Virus record (IMG/VR): IMGVR_UViG_3300032260_000003 | Location: 1-60,588 of that record | Reading direction: 5' to 3' (one strand) | Source: a virus | Taxonomy: Duplodnaviria > Caudoviricetes | Length of the DNA stretch: 60,588 nt | Shown: positions 19,829-29,487 of the stretch, piece by piece | Numbering within the stretch: position 1 is the stretch's first letter | How the letters are laid out: each line of letters begins with the position of its first letter | Translations under genes and position numbers: made by a program | Notes under the pieces: model-generated | Told to the model about the DNA's origin: nothing | Seen by the model: the letters and a program-made list of their open reading frames with translations, nothing else | The model's database searches: none

Positions 19829-20088
19829 TGCTCGAAACCGTTGAAGGCTGGACACATTTTCTTGAACGCGGCGGACCGTGGGCGATCACGGTCATCCTCG
19901 GCGCCGTCCTCATCTACCTCTGGCGGCTCTACCTCGCCGCGCGCGACAAATACGACAAACGCGCCGAATCCGAAATCAAACAACTCGTCGCGATCGTGAA
20001 AGAAGACACCGAGAACGACACCAAACTTGCGATGTTGCTCGCAAGCATCGACCGAAGGCTTGAACATGTGGAAAAAGATCCGAAATAG
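19828..20088 (+). CDS. Holin-like single-TM protein
   Basis: GGPWAITVILGAVLIYLW transmembrane segment with charged coiled tail. Confidence 0.5.
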   Translation: MLETVEGWTHFLERGGPWAITVILGAVLIYLWRLYLAARDKYDKRAESEIKQLVAIVKEDTENDTKLAMLLASIDRRLEHVEKDPK

Positions 20089-20296
20089 CGTCACCGCGTT
20101 CTTCCAACGATTCAGTCGCGCGCGAAAACTTCGGGCACGCATCGTACAAGAGAGTGATGAGACATTCACCTCAACCATCGAACGATCACGAAAAGCGCGT
20201 TCGCTGTTGCACGAAACCATCAGCACCAGCATCACGAAGCTCGACGACGTCCGCAAAGCGAAGAAGGAAAAAGAGTCATGGCAGCACCAAGCGTAG
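20066..20296 (+). CDS. Hypothetical basic protein
   Basis: Fills the gap in the operon. Confidence 0.5.
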   Translation: MWKKIRNSVTAFFQRFSRARKLRARIVQESDETFTSTIERSRKARSLLHETISTSITKLDDVRKAKKEKESWQHQA

Positions 20297-20610
20297 GATG
20301 GGTTCTTCACAATGCCACTGTCGGCAGCGGCGCAACTGTCAACTCCGGTGTATGGAACCGCCCGTTCCCGATGACTCGAAGCGTAACATTCAAAGTTCGA
20401 TCTGATCAGGCGCTCACCGTCAACGTTCAAACCGTCGCCATCGACGGCACCACATGGGAAGACGTGCAGGGCGCCACCGGCGTTGCCATCGGCGCGGGCG
20501 AGCCGGTCGAAACGATCGAAATCGCGCACGCGGCCTCGGTTCTTCGCCTCGAAATGGTCAACGGTACCGGCACCGACGCATCCGTCGAAGTCGTCGCAGA
20601 TTCGGCGTAA
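20278..20610 (+). CDS. Putative structural protein
   Basis: Beta-rich 110 aa in virion cluster. Confidence 0.6.
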   Translation: MAAPSVGWVLHNATVGSGATVNSGVWNRPFPMTRSVTFKVRSDQALTVNVQTVAIDGTTWEDVQGATGVAIGAGEPVETIEIAHAASVLRLEMVNGTGTDASVEVVADSA

Positions 20611-20613
20611 GTC

Positions 20614-21873
20614 ATGTCGACATACCTCGCAGGCACGCGCGTCAATGCGGGCACTCAGGTTCAAGGCGGCGCGCGCGTGCGCGGTGGTCTCTCTGTCGGC
20701 GGTGGCGGTCTCGGGCCGTACCAAGTCATCCCCGTCGCCGGAACACAGTACGCCATCGCATGGCTTGCCGGTGCCTCTTACGTCGCCGGTGAAGCGGGCA
20801 CTCCGATTTTGTCGTCGTCGCAGGTGAACAGCAACGTCCGTCTCGTGAACAACGACAGCCCACACGGATCACAAACGCGCGCACTCGTTCCGCTCGTCGG
20901 CGTCGGCACCCTCGAATCGCTGCTCGAAGGTTCGACGAATCAACTCGCCCGTCGATGGTCGCCCGCGTACACGGCCGGTCTGATCACGCATCATCGAACC
21001 GTCGGCGGCACCGGCCTCGGCACGTACGTGAACGGACAAGCTCGATACGCCACTTCCATGCAGGCGATCGACGACGCGGTCATCGAAGCCGCCGGCTCCG
21101 TCGAGTACATCGCACTTCTCGAAGGTTCGGCCATCTTCGCCGACGAACTCGCAGCCGTATCGTGGGCCACCACCGAAGCCGCACTGCTGACGTTACTGGC
21201 CGATTGGCAAGACGAATTGGTGACCCGCACCGGCCAAACTCGCCGGCCGCCCATGGTGACGTACCAACTCGGGTGGTGGCAAAACGGCGCGACACCGATC
21301 GCCGCCGGTTACGCCCTCGATCAGCTCGCCCTCGCGCTCTCGAATCCGGAGTTCATCATCGCGACGCCGGCCTACCCCGGCAACGTTGGTGGGGACAACA
21401 TTCACCTCACAAATGAGGGTTATCGCTGGTTGAGTTCCACTCTCGGCGAGATTCTCGCGCGCATCCACGTCGACGGCGACACATGGCTGCCTCTGCATGC
21501 CGTGAACGCCACTGCGAGCGGCAACGACGTGATTCTTACGTACTCAATGCCTCCAGACGGCGGCGCCGTACAGCTCAACACGACGGCGTACACGTGGCGC
21601 AGCGCGGCGGCCTCGGGAACCACGCACGGATTCCGCTACATCGAGGGCGCGAACCCGGCCCGCACCGTCACAGGCGTCGTTGCGTCCGGCAATACGGTCA
21701 CCGTCACGCTCGACGGCGCCGCGGTGGCAGGATCCGAACTCGGATACGCAGATTTCGGCGCACAACCGCCCAATGCCGCGAGCGGCAACGTCTGTTCCCA
21801 GCTCGTAACGACGACCGCCGACAGCGTGGAGATCCACTGGTGGGCGGCGGCGCAGCGACTTGCAATTACGTGA
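20614..21873 (+). CDS. SGNH/sialate O-acetylesterase-like virion protein
   Basis: DNIHLTNEGY (DxxH) motif; block I Ser not evident, so possibly inactive. Confidence 0.55.
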   Translation: MSTYLAGTRVNAGTQVQGGARVRGGLSVGGGGLGPYQVIPVAGTQYAIAWLAGASYVAGEAGTPILSSSQVNSNVRLVNNDSPHGSQTRALVPLVGVGTLESLLEGSTNQLARRWSPAYTAGLITHHRTVGGTGLGTYVNGQARYATSMQAIDDAVIEAAGSVEYIALLEGSAIFADELAAVSWATTEAALLTLLADWQDELVTRTGQTRRPPMVTYQLGWWQNGATPIAAGYALDQLALALSNPEFIIATPAYPGNVGGDNIHLTNEGYRWLSSTLGEILARIHVDGDTWLPLHAVNATASGNDVILTYSMPPDGGAVQLNTTAYTWRSAAASGTTHGFRYIEGANPARTVTGVVASGNTVTVTLDGAAVAGSELGYADFGAQPPNAASGNVCSQLVTTTADSVEIHWWAAAQRLAIT

Positions 21874-21887
21874 TATAGTTCGCGTAC

Positions 21888-22424
21888 ATGCACGAGAACG
21901 ACATTCAAGGCCCGTCGATATACGATCTGGTCCTTTTCCGATCCGGCGAACTTGTTCGTCACGCCCGAGGCTCCCTCGGCTACCGCGGCTCCCTGATCGT
22001 CAATCCGCGCTCGTCGATGATGCGCAAATTCGACACGCTCGAACGCGCCGAGAACTACCGGCACCTTCCCCTCGGCGAATACGATTGCGAATTCGGATAC
22101 TGGTCGCACAAAAAGAAGAACAGCGACGAATACATTCGCGTGCAGGCGATTCGAGTCCTCGGCGAGTACAGTCGAGGCCGCTTTCCCGACTCGCGCGGAC
22201 GCATCTACATCCATCCGGCGAATTGGCCGTTCCAACTGACCGGTTGCATCGGCGTGGGTATGGACGTCACCGACAATGGCATCAAAAAGTCTCGTGACGC
22301 GCTTCTATCACTCTTTGACCATCTCGGCGGATGGGTTCACCATGAGCTACCGAACTCGCGCAAAATCAGGCTTCTCGTTCGAGACGCCACGTTCAGCGAG
22401 CGGTATCGAGGGACCGAATCATGA
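21888..22424 (+). CDS. DUF5675/L,D-transpeptidase-like protein, candidate endolysin
   Basis: LPLGEY...RIYIHPAN...LTGCIGVG...KSRDA His/Cys motif; next to membrane proteins. Confidence 0.65.
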   Translation: MHENDIQGPSIYDLVLFRSGELVRHARGSLGYRGSLIVNPRSSMMRKFDTLERAENYRHLPLGEYDCEFGYWSHKKKNSDEYIRVQAIRVLGEYSRGRFPDSRGRIYIHPANWPFQLTGCIGVGMDVTDNGIKKSRDALLSLFDHLGGWVHHELPNSRKIRLLVRDATFSERYRGTES

Positions 22425-22813
22425 CCGAAAGCATTGTCATCATCTGCGCTTGCATTGTCGGCGCATACGCAATCCTCTTCGTTGTCGCGGAAATGTTCGC
22501 AGCGCCCAAGCGCAAACGAAAAATCCAGGGAGCCGGCGCCATCGCAGCGGTGATCGGACTCGGCGTTCTCATTCTTGGCCGGAAATCGTCGAGCGCTGAC
22601 GGGGCCGCATTCGATCTCGAAGACGCACTCGAAGAAGCGAAGGCCGCTGACGAAGTCTCCGACCGGTTCAACTCCGAAGTGATTGCCGCCGGCAAGGAGG
22701 CGGCCGAAGCGCGCGCCAAACTATCCATCGTTCCTGATCACGACAAAGTCACCGAAAAGGATTCCGAAGACCTGCTCGCGGCGGCGGAAAACATCCTGCG
22801 GGGCGAAGAGTGA
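22421..22813 (+). CDS. Two-TM membrane protein (holin or spanin candidate)
   Basis: Two hydrophobic segments, acidic coiled tail; ATGA overlap. Confidence 0.55.
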   Translation: MTESIVIICACIVGAYAILFVVAEMFAAPKRKRKIQGAGAIAAVIGLGVLILGRKSSSADGAAFDLEDALEEAKAADEVSDRFNSEVIAAGKEAAEARAKLSIVPDHDKVTEKDSEDLLAAAENILRGEE

Positions 22814-23190
22814 GACACGCTATCGCCATCGTCGCGCTGCTCTCGTTTTCGTCGACCGCGATCGCACAGACTGTCACATCGACGACACCGATTCGCGTGC
22901 GGCTTCACCGCGAACTCGTCGGATGCCTGCATGAAGTTGTGAACGTTCGAGAAGAACGCAACACGAACGCAGCGGCGGCTGTCAAATTCGAGGGCCTGTA
23001 CCTTCTCGCAGGCAAAGCCAAATTGAAGGCAAAAGCCAGGACAGCTCAAGCGGTGATCGCAACCGCACACGCCGAAGCCGTCGCCGAAGAACGCTGGAAT
23101 CTCGCCATCATGCTCGGCATCGGCAGCGCGTTGATCGGCATCATCGTTGGCGTTCTCGTCAGTCCGTCGTTGCGGAAATTACTTCCGTAG
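22810..23190 (+). CDS. Signal-peptide protein with C-terminal TM (spanin candidate)
   Basis: N-terminal signal, Ala-rich helix, C-terminal TM. Confidence 0.55.
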   Translation: MRHAIAIVALLSFSSTAIAQTVTSTTPIRVRLHRELVGCLHEVVNVREERNTNAAAAVKFEGLYLLAGKAKLKAKARTAQAVIATAHAEAVAEERWNLAIMLGIGSALIGIIVGVLVSPSLRKLLP

Positions 23191-23461
23191 CGCGCACCGC
23201 GCGCGTTGCCGCCATCCTCTGCAACGTTTGCAACGCCACAGGCCGCCCGTAACGCGTCGGCGCCGAAAGCCCTGCCGTCCAACGCATCGCGGTCGTGAGA
23301 CTGATCGTAAAAGCGCGCGCAACGTCCTTGTCAGACATTCGAAGAAGTTTCACGCCGCGCGCGAACATCAACGAAAAAACAGCCGCTGTCATATCCGACG
23401 GAAGATGCATACGTGCAAATGCAACCAATTCGCCGACGAGCAACTCTGTCTCCGTGTTCAC
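23159..23461 (-). CDS. HTH DNA-binding protein
   Basis: SDKDVARAFTISLTTAMRWTAGLSAP. Confidence 0.65.
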   Translation of the reverse strand: MNTETELLVGELVAFARMHLPSDMTAAVFSLMFARGVKLLRMSDKDVARAFTISLTTAMRWTAGLSAPTRYGRPVALQTLQRMAATRAVRATEVISATTD

Positions 23462-24240
23462 AGGAATTCCCAGCCGCCGTGACCACCTTCGTCTTCAGCG
23501 TCCGCGCACACGTCATCGCCGGACATGTCATCGATGCCGACCGTCGTGACGACCGGATTGTAGCCGCCGCGCATCCACGTCGAATCCCGCGCCGCATCGA
23601 GATTATTGAGCTTCTGCGCATTCATCCGCGCCTTCTCTTCCTGGTACAGCGCCTCGAAACTGGTATGCCCAAACGCAGCACGCACCGCACTGACGATGCG
23701 GGACCGGTGACTCTGAATCACTCCGCCTGTCGCGAATGCCGGCTTTGAGTCCGCCTTTGGCCGCGCGAGAATCCAAAGGTCGCCATATCGAGCCAACATG
23801 CTCGACGGCCAAGACTCCGCCCACATTTTGATGGCGGGCCCGGCGTAACAATCCGAAATGTATTGCCACCCGGTGACGTCGGCCACAGGTTCACCCCCAC
23901 GATCATACACTTCATGCGTATCAGGCACCTTCGCCGCGAGATCTGCGTCAATGTTGAGCGGACGAAACACGACTTCGTACGCGGCGTCGCCGATATCCGC
24001 GCTGGACTCGCGACTAATGATAGAAACGCGGTGTTCTTTGATGCACCGCAGTTCGTACTTAAAGTCATTTGCGTCTCCAACGAGGCACCAAATATCGCCA
24101 AATGCGGGTGCCTCCGTCGACCCCAACAAACGAAATCCCGCCGGCACCGGCAACCCGCACGTCTGTTTGTTTTCGGGATCAAATTTGTACGTCTTGCCGC
24201 GATACTCGTTCGCGCCTTCGGGAATGTTGAAATTCGTCAT
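23458..24240 (-). CDS. Hypothetical protein
   Basis: GAGGAG RBS; 260 aa. Confidence 0.75.
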   Translation of the reverse strand: MTNFNIPEGANEYRGKTYKFDPENKQTCGLPVPAGFRLLGSTEAPAFGDIWCLVGDANDFKYELRCIKEHRVSIISRESSADIGDAAYEVVFRPLNIDADLAAKVPDTHEVYDRGGEPVADVTGWQYISDCYAGPAIKMWAESWPSSMLARYGDLWILARPKADSKPAFATGGVIQSHRSRIVSAVRAAFGHTSFEALYQEEKARMNAQKLNNLDAARDSTWMRGGYNPVVTTVGIDDMSGDDVCADAEDEGGHGGWEFL

Positions 24241-24255
24241 CGTCGTTCTCCTCGA

Positions 24256-24507
24256 TTATTCGGTCCAAAAGTCGGGCAAAGCGCCGTAAAAGCCATTCAT
24301 GCCGTATGCCTGAAGAGCGGCAGTGACCAATTCGAATGCGGCCAGGCACTCTTCGGCTTCGTGCCCGCGCGTCACGGGAATGCCGAGGCCATCGTAGAGA
24401 TCGCCGTTGACGTACAAACTTCCATACGGGTCGCCCGGATTCCAGATGACTTCGACTTGAACGAACGTAGTTGCGTCGGGACATGTAAATTTGACTTGTT
24501 TGCTCAC
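24256..24507 (-). CDS. Hypothetical protein
   Basis: GTGA coupling with upstream gene. Confidence 0.6.
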   Translation of the reverse strand: MSKQVKFTCPDATTFVQVEVIWNPGDPYGSLYVNGDLYDGLGIPVTRGHEAEECLAAFELVTAALQAYGMNGFYGALPDFWTE

Positions 24508-25358
24508 GGTGCATCCTTTTTGATGGGGCGGTAGTACCATTGACCGGGCTTTCCGTCGCCGGGCCCGTAATCATCTCCGTTGCGATGAAACACCCGCATG
24601 AAGACCCCGCTGACGACGGCCGTCAGTTTCGTTGATCCGTCTGTGTCGCGGAACAACCAATCAGGCTTAATCAACAAGTCGGCGTCGAACGGCACGAACT
24701 CATAGCCGTCGGGCGGATCATGCAACGGGCATGGGTCGCATGCCACGGAACGGCACTGACACACCGGATCGGGCTTCGCCTTTCGAACGAAAATGCCTCG
24801 ATCCACTCCGTATGCGGCAAACATGTACGCACCTGCGCGACATCTGTGCGAAGCCGCCAGATCCGATTCGACGCGACCAACGCGCGCATACGCACCCGAC
24901 ACGTCCGTACCTGGAGGACATCGATCTCGCGCCGTCTGTTCGGGCATCAATTCGTACCCGAGCGCTTCGGCCTCGACGATGATCGGCGCGCGCGAATCTG
25001 CCGGGGACGACTTTTCGTTGTCCCAATCATCGCCGAGTCGCCGTACTTCAATTTCATGAAAAAGGCTTCGATCTTCCACGAGATTCAATGCGTCTTTGAG
25101 CCCGTAAATCATTCCGCCGCTCATGCCGAGATCGACGTAAAACGCAGACACCCCGGCGCAGGTACGCCATGCGAATCCTGCTTGAATGCCTTGGTCGCGC
25201 TCTTTCTTGACCGTGTCGTCAAGCGCGCTGGTCAACATGCGGTGCGATGCGTACGGACTTTCACCGCGATCGATGCAGTCGCGAATGCACGCCTGAAGGT
25301 AGCGCTCGTTCCGCTCCACGTCGCCGCTGTAGGGGCTCTCAATAATCACAAGTCTCAT
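24504..25358 (-). CDS. Nucleoside 2-deoxyribosyltransferase-like N-terminal domain with C-terminal extension
   Basis: VIIESPYSGDVERN..GESPYASH..LDD..ER..GI..GMSGGM, a common phage family pattern. Confidence 0.65.
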   Translation of the reverse strand: MRLVIIESPYSGDVERNERYLQACIRDCIDRGESPYASHRMLTSALDDTVKKERDQGIQAGFAWRTCAGVSAFYVDLGMSGGMIYGLKDALNLVEDRSLFHEIEVRRLGDDWDNEKSSPADSRAPIIVEAEALGYELMPEQTARDRCPPGTDVSGAYARVGRVESDLAASHRCRAGAYMFAAYGVDRGIFVRKAKPDPVCQCRSVACDPCPLHDPPDGYEFVPFDADLLIKPDWLFRDTDGSTKLTAVVSGVFMRVFHRNGDDYGPGDGKPGQWYYRPIKKDAP

Positions 25359-25489
25359 GCTTCTTAGTGCCTCATCCGATGAAAGTGTGACGAAAAACTA
25401 GGAGCATCGGGGCACCGCGCAACCACAAACCAGCAAACCCACAGAAAACCCACGCGCGGTGCCCCAACGACGATTCAGAATTGAACCAG

Positions 25490-25816
25490 CTACGAGGATG
25501 CCATGAAAGCCGCGTAGACCGCAAGCAAGAGAAGCAAGAAAAACGCGCCACCCACAAATGCCATCGGATTCGCTGAATGGCTTAACTTCGCCACCACACC
25601 AACACGAATAGGCGGGATCTTGTAATCGATAACGATTTCGTCACCGTTCGTCAGCTTCGCCGTCAACGTCGCGCCCTCATCGGCCAGTCGCGCGAGATGT
25701 TCGTCGCGCTGAATCATGGCGGAGACCCATTCAGTCGAAGACCCGTACCGACGAACCATCGACTCGATGTGAATCGCTTCGCCCCCATCGAACGTTAACG
25801 TCAGCTTCTTTTTCAT
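25490..25816 (-). CDS. RHH-like N-terminus with C-terminal TM
   Basis: KKKLTLTF beta strand then helices; hydrophobic C-terminus. Confidence 0.5.
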   Translation of the reverse strand: MKKKLTLTFDGGEAIHIESMVRRYGSSTEWVSAMIQRDEHLARLADEGATLTAKLTNGDEIVIDYKIPPIRVGVVAKLSHSANPMAFVGGAFFLLLLLAVYAAFMASS

Positions 25817-27009
25817 TTCCGCGCACCGACGGCGTTTTCCAGCGCGAGCAGCATGGCGGGACCGCCGAGCTTGTCGTAACCCTGTTCGTTGATAAAGCAC
25901 GCGCGCGCGGCGACCGAGAAGCCATTCGCGTACGTCTCTTCGATCTTGGCGGCGAGGTCGCGCGGCGTTCCATCGAACGAAGAACCGAGCTTGTACTTCT
26001 TGACCAATGCGACAGTGTCGGGCATTTCGGAGCACACCATCGGCACGCCCGCGAAACCATACTCGAAGGCTTTGTTCGGCAAACCGACCTTCCAGTTATC
26101 GATGCCCAATTCCGCCCCGCAGTATCCAACATCACCCATCGACGTGTAGTCTAGCATGCCGATGCTTTGATTTGCCGGATCGTACGGATACGGCATCGCA
26201 TTGAGGAAGAGCGCGCCGGCCCCGCGAAGCGCCGCGTCGGTCAACGGGCAGAAGCCCGAATTCCCCATCAACACGATCTTCCACTTGGATCCGAGGAGGC
26301 TCATCGCAAAAACGAGTTCGTTCAACTTTCGCTCAGACGTCGCGTATCCATTGAAAATGACGACGCGCATTTCTTCGGGAATGTCGAGGATACGCCGACA
26401 CAGCGCACGCTCCGGCATTCGTTGCGGTGCGGCCGGTGCGTTGTTCACCAGCACCGCGGTGCGGTTGAATTCGTAGTGAATGCGCCCTGCGATGCCCGGA
26501 GTCGCCGCCGTGACGCGATCAGCCTCGCCGACGATTTTGTCTTCGATCCACGCGCGGTCTTCCATAAACTTCGGCGACCGATACGACGGCTGCCACGTCC
26601 CCATTTCGTTCTCGTGCGCGTCGTACACGAGCGGCCACGGCGTCGGCGTCACGCTCATGCCGGTGTCTTCCATGGGCACGCCATCGAGGATGTGCGCGGC
26701 GGCTTGCTCGTCCGTTGCCTGATGCGTGAGCGCCCACATCGGTTCGAGTTCGTGGGCGTACACGACGTCGGGCTTCATCATGTCGATCGCTGCGACAAGT
26801 TCCTTGGAGTTCTGCGCATTCGACGTGTACGTCGGAAAGCCGTCCACCCACATGTTCTGCGGATACGCGTTCAGTGCCCCGGCGCCCTTGTTGATCCCCA
26901 TGATGAGATGGCACTCGTGCCCCTGCGACCGCGCGTACCAAGCGGCTTTCCGCATACGCACGCATCCATGCTTCTTCCCGATCATTACGATTTTCATTGA
27001 ACCCTCCAT
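25813..27009 (-). CDS. Glycosyltransferase (GT-B fold, GT4-like)
   Basis: KPDVVYAHE, LVYDAHE, VNNAP, GLPNKAFEYGFAGVPMVCSE. Confidence 0.88.
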   Translation of the reverse strand: MEGSMKIVMIGKKHGCVRMRKAAWYARSQGHECHLIMGINKGAGALNAYPQNMWVDGFPTYTSNAQNSKELVAAIDMMKPDVVYAHELEPMWALTHQATDEQAAAHILDGVPMEDTGMSVTPTPWPLVYDAHENEMGTWQPSYRSPKFMEDRAWIEDKIVGEADRVTAATPGIAGRIHYEFNRTAVLVNNAPAAPQRMPERALCRRILDIPEEMRVVIFNGYATSERKLNELVFAMSLLGSKWKIVLMGNSGFCPLTDAALRGAGALFLNAMPYPYDPANQSIGMLDYTSMGDVGYCGAELGIDNWKVGLPNKAFEYGFAGVPMVCSEMPDTVALVKKYKLGSSFDGTPRDLAAKIEETYANGFSVAARACFINEQGYDKLGGPAMLLALENAVGARK

Positions 27010-27010
27010 A

Positions 27011-27475
27011 TCATCGTTTTGATCGTCGCTTCAACCTCTCAACGAGCACGTCGTCGTTCTTGCGCCGTGTCCATCGTTCGTTGGGATCCTCCATCGCGCA
27101 GACCGTGTTAAAGGGTACGTCTTCGGCCGCGATCAACTCCACAACCTCGTACACGTCGGCCGGCGCTTCAACCTCGCACACGTCAGTTTCGGTTAGTGGG
27201 GCGACGGGGTCTATGTCATCGTCTGCGGCCTCACTTGGACCGCGGGTGACCGAAAGTAGCTTGCCAATCTTTTCGCAAGAGTTGTGAGTATTGTATGCTT
27301 CCGCGCCAAAGATGTCTTTGTACAGCGCGGTCAGCGCATCGGCAAGTAGCGCGAATAGCTGGTGCGAACGCGTGCGCTCTTTTGCAACATCCTTCTCAAG
27401 GTCCGCGATAATTATTTCGAGCGTGTCCAGCCCCTCGTTGAGCCATTTTAGTTGTGTTTGAGTGTCTTCGGTCAT
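27011..27475 (-). CDS. Coiled-coil hypothetical protein; C-terminal domain paralogous to 27753..27977
   Basis: EAPADVYEV..ERWTRRKNDDVLVERLKR. Confidence 0.65.
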   Translation of the reverse strand: MTEDTQTQLKWLNEGLDTLEIIIADLEKDVAKERTRSHQLFALLADALTALYKDIFGAEAYNTHNSCEKIGKLLSVTRGPSEAADDDIDPVAPLTETDVCEVEAPADVYEVVELIAAEDVPFNTVCAMEDPNERWTRRKNDDVLVERLKRRSKR

Positions 27476-27756
27476 CTTTTGATCCTCGGTTTGGTGGCAA
27501 CGGCAGGCCAAAACTTTTCCGGCTCCAGCCATTTGAGGTGCTCGTGCGGATCGTCGTCCCATCGACGGTCGGCCATCTGTTTGACGATCGAGTAGTCGAC
27601 ACCTGCCCCGCAGAGGTCAGCGCTGGCGATGTCCTCCTCAAACACAAACTCCATGATGGCGCTGAACAGCGGCTCACCCATCGCCGGGATGTCCAGCGTG
27701 TGAAGAAGTACAACCATCAAAGCAAGGATGCTGTCTTTGGTGTCGATACGACTCAT
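27472..27756 (-). CDS. Hypothetical protein
   Basis: ATGA-coupled on both sides. Confidence 0.6.
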   Translation of the reverse strand: MSRIDTKDSILALMVVLLHTLDIPAMGEPLFSAIMEFVFEEDIASADLCGAGVDYSIVKQMADRRWDDDPHEHLKWLEPEKFWPAVATKPRIKR

Positions 27757-27977
27757 CGCTTCCGCCTTTCGACCATCACGTCGCCGTTTTCGAGCCGCGT
27801 GAGGCGCTCTCCGTCCTCGACAACAGCGCTGTTCCGATCGAGCGATTCCCACTCGTGGTGGCTGATGATCACGTCAACATCGTACACGTCGGTCGGTGCC
27901 TCGATCAGCTCGACGCAATCATCGCAAAACGGACGCAGTTGATCGCCCCACTTGGTGTCTGTGATGCACCACGTCAT
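27753..27977 (-). CDS. Small CxxC protein
   Basis: EAPTDVYDV..ERLTRLENGDVMVERRKR; coupled. Confidence 0.65.
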   Translation of the reverse strand: MTWCITDTKWGDQLRPFCDDCVELIEAPTDVYDVDVIISHHEWESLDRNSAVVEDGERLTRLENGDVMVERRKR

Positions 27978-28198
27978 TTTTCGCCCTCCGACCGCGGGAA
28001 TCGCATGAATGCGCCGTTGATTCCGTCGGTGTAGCCTTCGCACGCATATGGACCCCAATCGCCAAGACACACAACGCGCGCGTGGTTCAGCGTCGCTTCC
28101 ATCTCTTCGACGGTGCGCGCATTGTTGTCCATCTGTGCGAGGTCATACGCATCGTGATATGCCTGAATTTCTGCCTCTGATCTTTTATCCTTCGCCAT
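27974..28198 (-). CDS. Hypothetical protein
   Basis: Coupled ORF, 74 aa. Confidence 0.6.
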   Translation of the reverse strand: MAKDKRSEAEIQAYHDAYDLAQMDNNARTVEEMEATLNHARVVCLGDWGPYACEGYTDGINGAFMRFPRSEGEK

Positions 28199-28517
28199 CA
28201 GTTGGTTCCTCTACGAATTTGCCGTTCGCGTCAACGAGACGACCAACGGCGTTGCGTTTCTGGCCCTCGCGTTTGGCGTCCATCGAGGCCCGCATGAGCA
28301 TCATCAGATTTCCATCGCACGTCGCTTTTGCCCGCTCGATGCGCGCTTTCCGCTGTCGCACCACTTTCTTGGTGGTGTGCGCGCCGGGGCCGTCGCCGAA
28401 AGCCAGTTCCGCGTCTTCAAGTGCTTGTTCTCGCCGCATTGTCTCTTTGAGTGCCGCGAGATACTCGGGTGTGACAAGTTTCAGCACACTAGATGCCAAA
28501 GCTGCGAAATCGAACAA
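28185..28517 (-). CDS. Hypothetical protein
   Basis: ORF in operon; start uncertain. Confidence 0.55.
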   Translation of the reverse strand: MFDFAALASSVLKLVTPEYLAALKETMRREQALEDAELAFGDGPGAHTTKKVVRQRKARIERAKATCDGNLMMLMRASMDAKREGQKRNAVGRLVDANGKFVEEPTDGEG

Positions 28518-28732
28518 CGATACGGCGACACTTTCATCGGTGTGTCTTTGTCCCTCATCGGCTGCACCACAACCATGCCGTCTTCACTGTACGACAAAAT
28601 CGCCACAAGCGAATGCGACGGCGTGCGGTAAAAATGCGTCGGCGGCGCCCGCATGATCACTAGTTGCAGCGCATTCGACTGTTTAAAGAACCACGGCCCA
28701 AGCGTTTCAAGGTCTGTTTGCGGATTGATCAT
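28481..28732 (-). CDS. Hypothetical protein
   Basis: GAGGAG RBS upstream. Confidence 0.55.
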   Translation of the reverse strand: MINPQTDLETLGPWFFKQSNALQLVIMRAPPTHFYRTPSHSLVAILSYSEDGMVVVQPMRDKDTPMKVSPYRCSISQLWHLVC

Positions 28733-28744
28733 TCTTCATTCTCC

Positions 28745-29218
28745 TCAGTCTGACGTACGCATTGAGCGTTTTACTTCACGAATCGAAGAGCCCCAAGTGT
28801 TGTCAATTTCGATTCGGTACCCGGCGGCTTTCAAGATCTTTGCGGCTCGTCGATACGCGCGAAACCGCCCATCTTCAGTCAGCGCTCGAAATTCTCGTGT
28901 CTCCGGGTAGCGATCAATTTCATACACCTTAACCCACATATCTTGCGGTTCGTGTTCGCTTTCCGGCCATGTTGATGCCGGTGCCCAGAACAAGTTCTCC
29001 TCTTCGGTGAAGCGCACATACCAATGCGTTGCGCCGATGCTGACGCCGCGCAGTGTCGAAAAGAGCACCGTGATGGTGCGCTTCGGCGCCTCTGGCATAT
29101 CAAATTTACGCCACCAAAGTCTTTCGGGGTCGGGCGGCGCCATTTTGGCAGGCGTCATTCTGTATCCTGCATCGTTCATCGACTTGCGCCATCGAGGCGG
29201 CTTTCCTTCGGGCTTCAT
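28745..29218 (-). CDS. Hypothetical protein
   Basis: GAGGAG RBS before ATG at 29218. Confidence 0.65.
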   Translation of the reverse strand: MKPEGKPPRWRKSMNDAGYRMTPAKMAPPDPERLWWRKFDMPEAPKRTITVLFSTLRGVSIGATHWYVRFTEEENLFWAPASTWPESEHEPQDMWVKVYEIDRYPETREFRALTEDGRFRAYRRAAKILKAAGYRIEIDNTWGSSIREVKRSMRTSD

Positions 29219-29450
29219 GTTTCGCTCCTCGAATGCGGTCCGTACGTGTACGGTGGCGGGCCGCCTCTTGCGTACGATTCGGTGCATGCGCAGGAGAGCG
29301 CTCGACATTCAAACACATCATCACCGACCTTAACGACTGAATCACACGGAACAAGTCCGTCACGAAAGACTCGACCAGACAGTGAAACGTGTAGGCCCGG
29401 ATGCGCCGCAAAAAGTCCACACCGAAGATCAACACAATGTTCTAAGACGC

Positions 29451-29480
29451 TTGACATGCTTTTTTCTTCCATGTGACGGT
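29451..29480 (+). promoter_or_regulatory. Putative dedicated promoter for the tRNA-Met(CAT)
   Basis: TTGACA-18 nt-GACGGT ending 7 nt before the tRNA. Confidence 0.5.
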
Positions 29481-29487
29481 TCGTGTT

